Part shown: one piece after another, positions 9,220 through 18,650 of the stretch
How positions within the stretch are numbered: the first letter of the stretch is position 1
Layout: every line of letters starts with the position of its first letter
Source of the DNA: Vulcanimicrobiota bacterium
Lineage (GTDB): Bacteria; Vulcanimicrobiota; Xenobia; Xenobiales; JADMJV01
Assembly (NCBI GenBank): GCA_050250895.1
Contig: JBFWNU010000001.1
Span: 1,806,884-1,870,883, forward strand
Length of the DNA: 64,000 nt
Direction of reading: 5' to 3'
The notes under the pieces: model-generated
What the model saw: the letters and a program-made list of their open reading frames with translations, nothing else
What the model was told of the DNA's origin: nothing
The model's database searches: none
Program-made: the position numbers and the translations under genes

Positions 9220-10740
9220 TTACATCCTGAAGATATTGGTTCCGCCTTCGCGTTGCGACTCGACCGACTGGCGCTCGACCTGGACGGTCTCGTAGAACTC
9301 GCGAAGCGACGCGCTGCCACACGACGAGATGGTGCCTTGCAGGGCTTTCATGTCGCGGGGAAGGTTCTTGTGCAGGCTGCCCTTATAGAGCACATAGCCT
9401 TCTTCGCCTTCGATGACGAAGGTGCGGGGATCGTCTTGCTGATAGCGGCGCACGTTCTTGGCCCGGGGAGAGGCCTCGCCCCAATAGGGTTTGACCGTGA
9501 CGGCCACCTCGGTGACCTGGCCCGAGAACAGCACCGGCAAACGTTTTTGGAACGAGGCGGTAGGGCTCTCTTCGAAGGCTGCGAAGAACTTGCCCATCAT
9601 GATGACGTCGGCTCCCATGGCCAGGGCCACGGCCATGTCGCCGGTCGACTCGATGCCGCCGTCGGAGACGATGGGCACATAGCGGCCCGTCTCGTGGAAA
9701 TACTCGTCGCGGGCCTGGGCCAGGCTATAGACGGCGGTGGCCTGGCCGCGGCCGATGGCTTTCACCCGGCGGGTGGTGCAGATCGAGCCCGAACCGATGC
9801 CCAACTTGACCGCGTCGGCGCCGGCCTCGACCAGAAAGCGAAAGCCCTCACGGTCGACCACGTTGCCGGCCACCACCGGCACGCCCAGCTTTTTCAGGTC
9901 TTCGACCGTCTCTTTCATATAGACCGAGTAGCCATCCGAGGCGTCGATCACCAGCACGTCGGCTCCGGCCTCGACCAGGTCCCGAGCGCGTGAGCGGTCC
10001 TCGGGATGGGTCGAGACGGCGGCCGCTACCCGCAGGCGTTTCTGCTCGTCGACCAGCGCTCCGGGAAATTTGTGAGCATGCTTGATGTCGCGGAAGAAGA
10101 CCACCGAGCGCAGCAGCCCGTCGTCATCGATGACCGGCAGCACGCCGATGCCGGACTCGAAGATGAGGTCGTTGGCTTCGCTCAGTGTCAGACCGTGGCG
10201 GCCGACCACCAGTTTGTCCATTCCGATCATGCGCTCGCGCACTTTGCAGTCGAGGTCTTTGGAGGGATGGTATTTCTTCTCGGTGATCAGGCCCTCGAGT
10301 TTGCCGGCCGCGTCGACCACCGGAAAGGTCGAGTAGCCGTGGCGTCGTTCGAGTTCGATCAGGTCGCTAATGGAAGAGTCGGCGCCCACCGTGATGACCC
10401 TGTCGACGAAGCCCGATTTGAAGCGCTTGACCGACTTGACGTGCTCGAGTTGGACCTCGCGCGACACGTTGCCGGCCGGAATGACGGCCAAGCCACCGTG
10501 CTGGGCCAGGGCGATGGCCAGGGTATCGCCCGAGACCGACTCCATGGCCGCGCTCATCAGCGGAATGCCCAGCTTCATATCGTGGGAGATGCGCGTCTCG
10601 AGCGTGACTTCGCGGATGTCGGTCTCGCGGCGGGTGCAGCGGGGAAGTAGAATGTATTCGCGGAACGTGGTGGAGAGCTCACCGGTGAACTTCTCGACGG
10701 GGGAATGCAAAGCTTCGACAGGTTTTTTCACGGTATCCAA
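9220..10740 (-). CDS. guaB: IMP dehydrogenase with CBS pair
   Basis: PLMSAAM, CBS subdomain, VAGNVV, catalytic [10 protein letters not shown] and SDGGI; TTG start with GAGGTG RBS. Confidence 0.95.
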   Translation of the reverse strand: MDTVKKPVEALHSPVEKFTGELSTTFREYILLPRCTRRETDIREVTLETRISHDMKLGIPLMSAAMESVSGDTLAIALAQHGGLAVIPAGNVSREVQLEHVKSVKRFKSGFVDRVITVGADSSISDLIELERRHGYSTFPVVDAAGKLEGLITEKKYHPSKDLDCKVRERMIGMDKLVVGRHGLTLSEANDLIFESGIGVLPVIDDDGLLRSVVFFRDIKHAHKFPGALVDEQKRLRVAAAVSTHPEDRSRARDLVEAGADVLVIDASDGYSVYMKETVEDLKKLGVPVVAGNVVDREGFRFLVEAGADAVKLGIGSGSICTTRRVKAIGRGQATAVYSLAQARDEYFHETGRYVPIVSDGGIESTGDMAVALAMGADVIMMGKFFAAFEESPTASFQKRLPVLFSGQVTEVAVTVKPYWGEASPRAKNVRRYQQDDPRTFVIEGEEGYVLYKGSLHKNLPRDMKALQGTISSCGSASLREFYETVQVERQSVESQREGGTNIFRM

Positions 10741-10797
10741 GGCGTCACCTCGGCCAGCCCTTTCGTTACGGGGTTTGACTCCCCTTCCGCTAACCCG

Positions 10798-10826
10798 TTG
10801 ACATCCCCGGGCTGCAATGGTAGCAT
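10798..10826 (+). promoter_or_regulatory. Sigma70-type promoter for tRNA-Ile
   Basis: TTGACA-17 nt-TAGCAT with TG at the extended -10 position, 14 nt before the tRNA. Confidence 0.75.
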
Positions 10827-10840
10827 AGGCCCTACCTCAC

Positions 10841-10917
10841 GGGGTTATAGCTCAGCCGGTTAGAGCGCATCCCTGATAAGGATGAGGTCCGTGGTTCGAG
10901 TCCACGTAACCCCACCA
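10841..10917 (+). tRNA. tRNA-Ile (GAT)
   Basis: Acceptor stem GGGGTTA/TAACCCC, anticodon arm CATCC-CTGATAA-GGATG, GTTCGAG T-loop and encoded CCA. Confidence 0.97.
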
Positions 10918-10918
10918 C

Positions 10919-10950
10919 AAGCTCCCCATCCTGGGCGGGCTTTTTTGTTT
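10919..10950 (+). terminator. Intrinsic terminator after tRNA-Ile
   Basis: Imperfect GC-rich hairpin (AAGCTCCCCA..TGGGCGGGCTT) followed by a T tract. Confidence 0.65.
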
Positions 10951-10953
10951 GGC

Positions 10954-10982
10954 TTGACCGTGAGGGCTTCTGGTGCTAGAAT
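10954..10982 (+). promoter_or_regulatory. Sigma70-type promoter for tRNA-Ala
   Basis: TTGACC-17 nt-TAGAAT with an extended -10 TG. Confidence 0.75.
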
Positions 10983-10993
10983 CCTATCTGCCC

Positions 10994-11069
10994 GGGGCCA
11001 TAGCTCAGCTGGGAGAGCGCCTGCCTTGCACGTAGAAGGTCGTCGGTTCGAATCCGACTGGCTCCACCA
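10994..11069 (+). tRNA. tRNA-Ala (TGC)
   Basis: GGGGCCA/TGGCTCC acceptor stem with G3:U70, anticodon TGC, GTTCGAA and CCA end. Confidence 0.95.
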
Positions 11070-11075
11070 CCCCCG

Positions 11076-11102
11076 AAAACCGCTTCAACAGGCGGTTTTT
11101 TT
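11076..11102. terminator. Bidirectional intrinsic terminator
   Basis: AAAACCGCT-TCAAC-AGGCGGTTTTTTT lies between tRNA-Ala and a convergent gene. Confidence 0.8.
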
Positions 11103-11111
11103 GTTGACGCT

Positions 11112-11777
11112 CTAGGTGCAGTTGCTGCAGCAGAAGTACTCATCCTGGGTCGGAGTGTAGGTAAAGCCTCCGCACAGAGTCACATCGAGCTGACTGGCAT
11201 TGGGTCGAGCGATGGCGCAATTGACGTTGACCGAGGCCGGCTGAGCTGCGCTGAAGTCGACGCAGATCTGAAAATCAGCGCTGTCGGTGGCACATGACGC
11301 CGATTCGGGCAAGCGACCGGCGCTGCAAAAGCAACTGCCATCGCAGGCGCCAGGGTTGCAGCAGCACCTGCAGGTGGTGGCGGCGTTCGGGCAGGGGAGG
11401 CAGGGGGTGGGATCGTCTCCGCAGTCGAAGGTGCAGCCACTCGAGGCCGCCGCCGGTTGGGGCAGGGCCACGGTGGCAATGACAGGCAGAGCAGCCACTT
11501 TTCCCCACCGCGCGAGGAATTCGCGTCGACCTAACGGGGGTGAGTCGCTCTCTTCGAGCAGGCCAAGTTTCTGAAACTCGGTCACAGCCAGGGCCACCGT
11601 ATCAAGCTCTAGAGCCTCGGCCATCCCCAGGCACGATCCGTCACAAGCTCTGAACACCTCGGCCGCGCTAGCGTTCAGACTGTGAACCTGGTGATTGTGC
11701 GGGTCAAAAACCAGTAGTTCGTCACCCACCTGCGAGAAAACCAAAGCCGCTTTGCGTTGGGGCATCCGTCGGTCCAT
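11112..11777 (-). CDS. PqqD/RRE-domain protein with twin-arginine-like leader and Cys-rich C-terminus (putative RiPP-like precursor 1)
   Basis: VGDELLVFD..VHSLNASAAEVFRACDG (PqqD fold), then GRREFL..LPVIATVALPQPAAASS, then 18 Cys. Confidence 0.8.
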   Translation of the reverse strand: MDRRMPQRKAALVFSQVGDELLVFDPHNHQVHSLNASAAEVFRACDGSCLGMAEALELDTVALAVTEFQKLGLLEESDSPPLGRREFLARWGKVAALPVIATVALPQPAAASSGCTFDCGDDPTPCLPCPNAATTCRCCCNPGACDGSCFCSAGRLPESASCATDSADFQICVDFSAAQPASVNVNCAIARPNASQLDVTLCGGFTYTPTQDEYFCCSNCT

Positions 11778-11932
11778 GGGTCTAGGGTAGGGTCAACGTG
11801 TGTCGAGAGGCAGTGCAAGCGTGTAAAAAGTGTGTCCGTCCCGCCACCTCGGAGCGGACGTTGACTTCCGTCACTGTTCCTGATTGTGCCAGGGGCTAGA
11901 CTAGCTCCATCACCGAAAGGAGTCCAACCAGA

Positions 11933-12613
11933 ATGCTCATCGACAACTGCTACGGGCGCCAGCCCTTTCGCCCCGTCTACTGCCGCCATTTCGCGGCGCC
12001 GACGCCGCCCATGCTCGACACCTTCACTCCGAGCGACCCCTTGGCCGTGGCCCCCACCCTGGTGCTGCTGCCCCAACTGGTGGCCACCGCCCCTCCGCGC
12101 CGACGTCCCCAGTTCACGGGCTTTGCCCCTCGACCCCAACAGCTCTACCTCGACGACGCCGTCCATCTCAATAATACCCGTCGCCAGCTCGAGGGTTGCG
12201 AGTCCGTCCAGTTGGCGACCAGTCTCAAAGGGGTCTATTCCCGGCAGCTGATCGGCCGGTTGCCCGGCTTTCAAGACCTGCGCCACCTGCGCGAGACCAA
12301 TAACGGCCAGAACAATCTGTGCGCGAACTTCGTCTCGGCCATCCTCGAGAAAACCCAGGGTTTGAAGGGCCACTATATCAGTGTGCCACGGCTCGAGCGG
12401 GCCCTCAACGAGCAGGGTTGGCACCCGGTGGCCCGCGGCCAGGCGCGACCGGGAGATGTCTGGCTCAGCGACGGCCATGTCGAGCTGGTCAGTCGTGAAG
12501 GCGGCACCCACACCATCGGCAGCAACAATCTGCCCGGCCAGGCGGTCCAGCGGGTGTCCGAGCGGGCCAAGCCGCCGGGGCGCGGGCGCTACTACACTCG
12601 CAGGACCCTTTAG
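11933..12613 (+). CDS. NlpC/P60- or CHAP-like cysteine hydrolase domain protein
   Basis: NLCANFVSAIL, RPGDVW, GHVELV and IGSNN (Cys-His dyad pattern); AAGGAG RBS. Confidence 0.55.
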   Translation: MLIDNCYGRQPFRPVYCRHFAAPTPPMLDTFTPSDPLAVAPTLVLLPQLVATAPPRRRPQFTGFAPRPQQLYLDDAVHLNNTRRQLEGCESVQLATSLKGVYSRQLIGRLPGFQDLRHLRETNNGQNNLCANFVSAILEKTQGLKGHYISVPRLERALNEQGWHPVARGQARPGDVWLSDGHVELVSREGGTHTIGSNNLPGQAVQRVSERAKPPGRGRYYTRRTL

Positions 12614-12635
12614 CACTCATGCCAAAAATGGCAGA

Positions 12636-13883
12636 GTGAGCGAGCTGGAGCGCTATCTCTCGGCCCAGAAGGCGCTGGGTAACCGAGATTCCCAGGGTTT
12701 CTTCACCCTCGACCAGGGTCGGGCCCTGGCCAAGATTCGCGAGTATCAGCTGGCTTCGCCCCACGAGTTCATTCTCAAGTTGGTAGCTTCGGCGGTCGCC
12801 GCCGGGGCTACCTATTTTCATATCGAGCAGTCGCGAACTCGCCTGTTGATCGAGCGCGACGGCCGGGCTTTGACCTTTGACGAGCTGTCGAACATCTTTT
12901 CGGCGGTGCTGGTGAGCCAGGCCAACCCCGAGGTGGCGGCGGTCCGCGAACTGGCTGTCGGGCTCAACGGGGCGCTCCATTTTCGACCGCGCTGGGTGCA
13001 GGTGATCTCTTCGTGCGAGCACGGCTCGGTCCGGCTGCGCCTTGATGGAAATCAGCTGACCGTCGAGCGCTTCCAGGGGGCAACCCACCAGCGCGAGTTT
13101 CAGGGCTTCGGTTTGGAAGAAGACTCGGTGGACCGGACCTATTTCGAGCTGGAGGGCATGCAGCGTTCTCCCCTCGAGTTGCTCAAAGGAGTCGTCCAGG
13201 GGGCCGGAGAGATCGTGGCTCTGCGTCAGCGAGCTGCCCTTTGTGGACTGAAGGTCAAGCTCAACGGCGCCCCCCTGGATCTGACCCCCGATCTGGGCTC
13301 CCCCCTGATCGTTACTCGCAGCGGCAAGCCCGGGGTGCGCTTGCCGAAGGTGCGGGTCAAGGCGCCGGTGTTGAGTTCCACCTTCGAATTTCCTGAGGCC
13401 GATTATTGCTGGCTGGCCCTGCAACCCAGGCCCGACAGTCAGGTCGAGGTGGTGCTGCACGGCGTGGTTTATCCGGCTCGCTTGAAGTATGCCTGTTTTG
13501 GCCTGCAGGCCATCGTCAGCGTGCCCGGCCTCTTGACCGACCTGAGCGGCTCAGCCGTGGTAGAGAACCCGGCCTTCGAGGCCGTGCTCGAGACGCTTTC
13601 ACACCAGATCGACGGGCTGGTGACCCGACTGACGGCGGGTCTGGAGCGATTGGCTATCGAGTCGCGACTCGAGGCCACCGACCTGCTCGACCACTACGCG
13701 ATCAATTGTGTCGAGAACGGCCAGCCCGAGCGAGCCGAGGCTATCTTCAAACGGCTGCGGGCGGTGCGCACCGGCGCGCTGACGGGACGCTACGACATGG
13801 CCGAGCGCTTTGCCCGCTGGTCGCGCCACTATCGCGACCGCGGCGTGGCCAGCGAAGCCTCTTACTACTACCGCGGGCTCTAG
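12636..13883 (+). CDS. Hypothetical protein with a degenerate GHKL/HSP90-like N-terminal region
   Basis: DSQGFFTLD..ALAKIREYQL..FILKLVASAVAAGA resembles the GHKL ELVQNAxDAGA helix without the Asn/Asp. GTG start inferred. Confidence 0.5.
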   Translation: MSELERYLSAQKALGNRDSQGFFTLDQGRALAKIREYQLASPHEFILKLVASAVAAGATYFHIEQSRTRLLIERDGRALTFDELSNIFSAVLVSQANPEVAAVRELAVGLNGALHFRPRWVQVISSCEHGSVRLRLDGNQLTVERFQGATHQREFQGFGLEEDSVDRTYFELEGMQRSPLELLKGVVQGAGEIVALRQRAALCGLKVKLNGAPLDLTPDLGSPLIVTRSGKPGVRLPKVRVKAPVLSSTFEFPEADYCWLALQPRPDSQVEVVLHGVVYPARLKYACFGLQAIVSVPGLLTDLSGSAVVENPAFEAVLETLSHQIDGLVTRLTAGLERLAIESRLEATDLLDHYAINCVENGQPERAEAIFKRLRAVRTGALTGRYDMAERFARWSRHYRDRGVASEASYYYRGL

Positions 13884-16072
13884 TCGTAGGCCGAACGGTA
13901 GCGCACCTGGCCCCACACGGGATAGCCGCGATCGCCTTTTTGAAGAAAATCGGCGGCGAAGGTCAAGACGCGCTTTTTGTCCTGGCTGAAGCTGACTTCG
14001 TGGATCACAAACTCGCCCGACTCGTTAGAGCTGGCTCGACCGTCGCCCGAGAAGCTCAGGCGAGGCCCGCGCCAGTCGTAGCGGTCTCGGCCGACCCTAA
14101 AACGACCCGGACGAATGGCCTTCTCGCCAGCGGAAAAGGTGATGTTATACCACGAGTTCTCGGCCGTTTGAATGCTGATGTTGACCCCCCGCGGGCTCTT
14201 GCCGTCGTAGCTGTAGCTGGGGTTGACCTTGATGGTATCGTGGCGTGGGCTCCAGTTGATCTCGCGACCCTGTCCCACCCACTCTTGCTCGTGCGAGCTG
14301 AGAATGTAGATGCCGGTGTGCGACCCGCCCGAGCGCCGAGCCGGTGGAAATTGGAAGTCGGCCGACATCAACTCGGCCCGGTCGACATGCTCGAGATCGG
14401 CCTGTTTGTAGGTGGCCAGTCGGGTCGCATAATCTTTGTTGCCGGGGGCCAGTTCTGAGGCCCGGGCGGCCTCTTGAAAAGCCTGGCGGTAGTCCTTCTG
14501 AAGATAGGCGGCCTTGGCTCGCACGGTGGCTAGCGCCGCTAGCTCTGGCTTGTTCTTGCCCACCAGACGACCCGCGTCGTTGGCGATCGCGACGGCCCCG
14601 GCGTAGTCAGCCGACACCAGGGCTTGCTGGGCCTGACTCAGCAGCTCGCGAGTGGACTCGAGCTTGAGAGCGGTGATCTGAGCCTCGAACCCTTTAGGGT
14701 CGGGTAGGCCCCTTGCCAGTTCTTTGGCTTCTTTGAGTTCTTCGAGCCCCGCGTCGATCTGGCGCTGGCTGAACGCTTTGGTGGCCGCCTTGAGGTGGGC
14801 CTCGGCGGCCAACTGGGTCAGTTCGGCTACCCGGGCCTCGACCTCGGGCGCGTCCGGGCGCTCCTTCTGAAGTTGCCGGTAGAGGTCCAGAGCCTCGTCG
14901 GGCCGCCCGGCCGATTCGAGCACGGCCGCCTTGTAGACGCGCGTCTCGAAGCTAGACTCAGGCAAGCTGTCCTGCAGCTTCTCGACTTGTCCCAGCCGGG
15001 TCAGGGCCACTTCGTGATCACCCGCCTGGTGGGCGGTGCGGGCCCGGCTAAAGAAGTCCTCGATGTAGGCAGGCCGCCGCGGTTTATCGAGCTTGAGGAT
15101 CCAGGTGATCGTCTGGTCGTAGTGAGCTTGCTGGTCGTGGACCTCGATAAGTTTGGTCACCGCACTGATGCGACCCGGCTCGTTCTCATCGCGCTGGGCC
15201 AGGGTTACGGCCACCTCGAGCTGGGCTTCGGCCTCGCTAAAGCGGCGCCCGGCCAGGGCCTTCTCGGCCGCCTGCATCTGCAGGTCGAATGGCCGGGTGG
15301 TGGCCAGTTCGGTGGGGCCACCACGGTTGACCAGCGAGGCCATCAGCGGCGGTAGAATCGCTAGCGCCGCCACGGTCACCAAAACGACGCTGAGGGCCAG
15401 GGCTATCCGGCGCCGGCTGGTCCGCCGGGCCTGAGCGCGAACGTCGTCTCTTTCTTTGAGCCGGCTGAGGTTGTGCTGGGCCCGTCGGATAGCCTCTTGA
15501 ATCTCGGGGTCGGTCCGCCCGGGCAGTTGCTCGAGCTTGGCCAGCAGGGGCTGGGCTTGTTCGGCCGTGTCGACCTGGCCGGTCGCGTTGCAGAGGGTCC
15601 GGGCACAGGCTCTCTGCATCGGCAGTGAGTCGCGAAAGCTGGGCAGTGCTTCGATTTCGGTAGCGGCCTGGGTCAACTCGGCCGCGTCGGCTTCGCGGGC
15701 AGTGCAGCGAAAGAGAGCGCTGGCTCGCGACTCTTGCATCTTCAGAGAGGCTCCATAACCTGATAGCTGGCTAATCGAGGCTGCAACCCCCAGGCCCTCA
15801 CGAGTGCTTTCGACGTGACCGGCGGCGACCGCGAGGGCGGCTGCCAACGCTTCTCGGTGCTCAAGTTGGCAGCCAGCGAGCTGATTGAGGCGGGTCATCA
15901 GGTTGGCGGCGTTGAGAGCGGTTTCGACGCGCTCGGCCAACTGCAGCAGGGTGTCGCGATAAAGCGCCTCGTCGGGCTCGGATTGGTTGGCGATGGTGTC
16001 GGCAATCTGCAGGCCGCTGGCAAAGTCGGTTGCCTCGACCGCCTGCCTGGCCAGTTCCCCGGGACTGCTCAT
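13880..16072 (-). CDS. Single-pass membrane protein with TPR repeats and a C-terminal beta-rich domain
   Basis: Helical N-terminal domain, TM (IALALSVVLVTVAALAILPPLM) and TPR-like repeats (AGRPDEALDLYRQL..P). Confidence 0.7.
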   Translation of the reverse strand: MSSPGELARQAVEATDFASGLQIADTIANQSEPDEALYRDTLLQLAERVETALNAANLMTRLNQLAGCQLEHREALAAALAVAAGHVESTREGLGVAASISQLSGYGASLKMQESRASALFRCTAREADAAELTQAATEIEALPSFRDSLPMQRACARTLCNATGQVDTAEQAQPLLAKLEQLPGRTDPEIQEAIRRAQHNLSRLKERDDVRAQARRTSRRRIALALSVVLVTVAALAILPPLMASLVNRGGPTELATTRPFDLQMQAAEKALAGRRFSEAEAQLEVAVTLAQRDENEPGRISAVTKLIEVHDQQAHYDQTITWILKLDKPRRPAYIEDFFSRARTAHQAGDHEVALTRLGQVEKLQDSLPESSFETRVYKAAVLESAGRPDEALDLYRQLQKERPDAPEVEARVAELTQLAAEAHLKAATKAFSQRQIDAGLEELKEAKELARGLPDPKGFEAQITALKLESTRELLSQAQQALVSADYAGAVAIANDAGRLVGKNKPELAALATVRAKAAYLQKDYRQAFQEAARASELAPGNKDYATRLATYKQADLEHVDRAELMSADFQFPPARRSGGSHTGIYILSSHEQEWVGQGREINWSPRHDTIKVNPSYSYDGKSPRGVNISIQTAENSWYNITFSAGEKAIRPGRFRVGRDRYDWRGPRLSFSGDGRASSNESGEFVIHEVSFSQDKKRVLTFAADFLQKGDRGYPVWGQVRYRSAYD

Positions 16073-16108
16073 AGGCACTTTTTCGACGAGCGCCGGTCGG
16101 GTGCCTCG

Positions 16109-16570
16109 TCAGGCTTGACTTTGAGCCGGCTCGTTGCGACCCTCGAATACCATCAGGATGACCAGAATGACGATGCCAACCGTAATGCCAGAATCGGCCA
16201 GATTGAAGACGGGCCAGATCTTGAAGTCGAGAAAGTCGACCACGAAGCTGTGGCGGATCCGATCCAACAGATTGCCCGCCGCCCCTCCCAGAATGAGGCC
16301 GAAGGCATAAGCGTGAGGCAGCGTGAGGTCCTCGGTCGAGCGGATGGCATAAAGCAGGCCGATGGTGATGACAATGCCGAAAATGATGAACAGGTGGTTG
16401 TGCCCGGTCATGAAGCTGAAGGCTCCACCGGTGTTCTCTGAATAGGTGAGGGCCCAGCCGCCGGGCATCTCGATGCTGCCGAGGGGGCGAAGCCAATGCA
16501 AGGCCGCGAGTTTGGAAAGCTGGTCGACCAGAAAGACGACCAGCGCCAGAACCATCAGGCGCACGCGCAC
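16109..16570 (-). CDS. lspA: Lipoprotein signal peptidase II
   Basis: DQLSK, NTGGAFS, GNLLDR, VVDF and FNLAD. Confidence 0.95.
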   Translation of the reverse strand: MRVRLMVLALVVFLVDQLSKLAALHWLRPLGSIEMPGGWALTYSENTGGAFSFMTGHNHLFIIFGIVITIGLLYAIRSTEDLTLPHAYAFGLILGGAAGNLLDRIRHSFVVDFLDFKIWPVFNLADSGITVGIVILVILMVFEGRNEPAQSQA

Positions 16571-16571
16571 G

Positions 16572-16808
16572 CTAGTCGTCCTCGGCCTCTCCCAGTCTGG
16601 CCAGTTGTTTCTTGACCAGTGAAACCACGCCATCTTTGACCTGGCGGCGCTTGTCGCTTTCGAGCTGGTGAAAGAGATAATACACCAGCAACGAGCCAAC
16701 CGCCCCGACCAGGGCCACCCCCACCAGCTTCTCGGGAGCATAGGGGTCGCCCATGTCGTCGTCGAGTTCGATGACTTCTACTTCGCTTCTATCGAGGGGG
16801 TCGTCCAT
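16572..16808 (-). CDS. Small membrane protein, hypothetical
   Basis: AAGGAG RBS before the ATG at 16808; acidic N-terminus, one TM and an amphipathic tail; tightly packed in the operon. Confidence 0.65.
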   Translation of the reverse strand: MDDPLDRSEVEVIELDDDMGDPYAPEKLVGVALVGAVGSLLVYYLFHQLESDKRRQVKDGVVSLVKKQLARLGEAEDD

Positions 16809-16846
16809 TTGATCTCCTTGTTGGCCCTGTCCTTCCGGCCCTGGCC

Positions 16847-17173
16847 TCACTTTACCTCCAGCTCGAGGTAGCCCTGATAATGCTCGGCAAGTTGGCTGAC
16901 GGCGGCCGCAAAGCTCTCGAGCAGCAACTGGCTGGCGGCCGCCTGCTGCGGGTTCATCGGCTCGTGGAGAATCAGGTGAAATACACCGTCGTCAGCACTT
17001 AGCTCGGCCGGCAGCCGGGCAATCTCCGAAAACGCGATGCCCAAATAGCCGACCAGGGCCGAAACCCCGGCGCAGACAAGGTCGAGGCCCTCGTCGTCAA
17101 AGCCGGCGTGGCCATGGCAACGAACCTCTTGGATAGCGCCTTGTGGACTTCTTCTCAGCTGGATCTTGACCAT
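16847..17173 (-). CDS. prp: Ribosomal-processing cysteine protease Prp (YsxB family)
   Basis: GHAG..DLVCAGVSAL catalytic His/Cys motif, directly downstream of rplU. Confidence 0.9.
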   Translation of the reverse strand: MVKIQLRRSPQGAIQEVRCHGHAGFDDEGLDLVCAGVSALVGYLGIAFSEIARLPAELSADDGVFHLILHEPMNPQQAAASQLLLESFAAAVSQLAEHYQGYLELEVK

Positions 17174-17230
17174 AAACTGGATGAGGCACACCTGGGTGTG
17201 CCTCATTCTCGGCAGGTTCTCGAAAAGCGA

Positions 17231-17542
17231 TTACTTGGCCGAAATGTCCTTGATGCGCAGGGCAGTGTAGTGCTGCCGGTGGCCCTTCTTGACGCGATAG
17301 CCTTTGCGCTTCTTGTATTTGAAGACGATCACTTTGCGAGTGCGGTGCTGCTCGACAATCTCGGCCTCGACACTGGCGCCCTCGACGTAAGGGGTGCCCA
17401 CCTTGATGGCGTCACCCGAAACCATCAGAACCTTGCCCAGGGTGACGGTGCTACCGATCTGCCCCTCGAGGCGATCCACACGGACGGTTTGTCCGGGGTT
17501 GACTCTATACTGTTTGCCCCCGGTCTCGATCACGGCGTACAT
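17231..17542 (-). CDS. rplU: 50S ribosomal protein L21
   Basis: MYAVIETGGKQYRV and KKGHRQ; GGAGG RBS. Confidence 0.98.
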   Translation of the reverse strand: MYAVIETGGKQYRVNPGQTVRVDRLEGQIGSTVTLGKVLMVSGDAIKVGTPYVEGASVEAEIVEQHRTRKVIVFKYKKRKGYRVKKGHRQHYTALRIKDISAK

Positions 17543-17573
17543 CCTGAACCTCCGATGAAAAATTAGCCCCGCG

Positions 17574-17602
17574 AGCTTATCACAACCCCCCGAGGCTGTC
17601 AA
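17574..17602 (-). promoter_or_regulatory. Sigma70-type promoter of rplU
   Basis: Minus strand TTGACA-17 nt-TAAGCT with an extended -10 TG. Confidence 0.65.
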
Positions 17603-17749
17603 CGTTAGTTTCGGTCGGGCCCCCCGCCACCCCGAGCGAATGCGACGATGTGGCAAGTTGATGATTCGCACCTGCTGAACTCGGGGTATGCCACTCTAAC
17701 ACCTTGCGCTCGCCCAGGAGTTCGCGCGCCGCGGGCTGAAGTCGCGACC

Positions 17750-18511
17750 ATGAGAAAAGGATACCTTTCAATGGCTCTCCTGGTCGCGACTTTGTTGGCA
17801 CTCCCCGCCCAAGCCCAACATCTCGGCACCATCGGCAAGGAGGTCCCAGGCCAGATTGGTGTATACGAGGTGAGATTGGAAGCAGGCGCTGCCCTGAAGC
17901 GCGGAGACATCGTGAGCATCGACCACGGTGGGAAGCGTGCCGGCGAAGCGGCTGTGCTCAGTGTCGAGTCCACCTCGGCCCAGGTCACCCTGCGTGGGGT
18001 CTTCGACGTGTCCCCAGGGGATCCGGTGGCCTTTGCTCGCTCCCCTCAGGCCTTAACCTCAGGCGCGTCAGCACAGCTTGCGCCGGGGGCGATTCCGGCC
18101 GGATTCGCCCGCCAGGACGATGGGAGAGGATGTGCCTACGGCATTCCGCCAGGTTTGACGCAAAAGGCCGAGCACGAATGGGGCCGCGGCAGCACGAAAT
18201 CTGGCCTCTTTAACGTTAGCGTCGCTCAAACCCTTGAGGCCAACCGCGACTACAAGAGCAATCTTGTCCAGGCTAAGGCGGCGGCCGACCACTACGGCGG
18301 GACCGTGGAGGAGGGGAAACTCCACTTTGGCGGAGTGGAATACAAGATGATCCGGGTGGAGACCCCCGTGAAGCCACCGAAGATATGTGGTGATATCCAG
18401 ATGTATGTGTTCACTCCCGAGCACACGTTTGTCGTGGAGGCGATGTTCGCAAACCAGAGCGACAGGAACACCGCAGCCCAGTTCATCAACTCCTTTAGCA
18501 TCACCCCGTGA
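17750..18511 (+). CDS. Secreted hypothetical protein (C-terminal PsbP/DcrB-like fold possible)
   Basis: Signal peptide MRKGYLSMALLVATLLALPAQA; ends with FINSFSITP. Confidence 0.65.
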   Translation: MRKGYLSMALLVATLLALPAQAQHLGTIGKEVPGQIGVYEVRLEAGAALKRGDIVSIDHGGKRAGEAAVLSVESTSAQVTLRGVFDVSPGDPVAFARSPQALTSGASAQLAPGAIPAGFARQDDGRGCAYGIPPGLTQKAEHEWGRGSTKSGLFNVSVAQTLEANRDYKSNLVQAKAAADHYGGTVEEGKLHFGGVEYKMIRVETPVKPPKICGDIQMYVFTPEHTFVVEAMFANQSDRNTAAQFINSFSITP

Positions 18512-18650
18512 GCCCGGGCCCTGGTCTTGGACGAGCCTCCCGAGGAGCGATAAGAATCGACGACCTTCCCATTCGAGCCTCCATGCTTTGCGGGCACCCT
18601 TTGCCCGGCGTTGACGCAGAGCAATTCAAGAGGCTACAATATCTGCAGTT

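Noticed and set aside
11070-16078. Integrative island at the tRNA-Ala 3' end
   Set aside because: No integrase, no duplicated tRNA end seen and no evident compositional shift.
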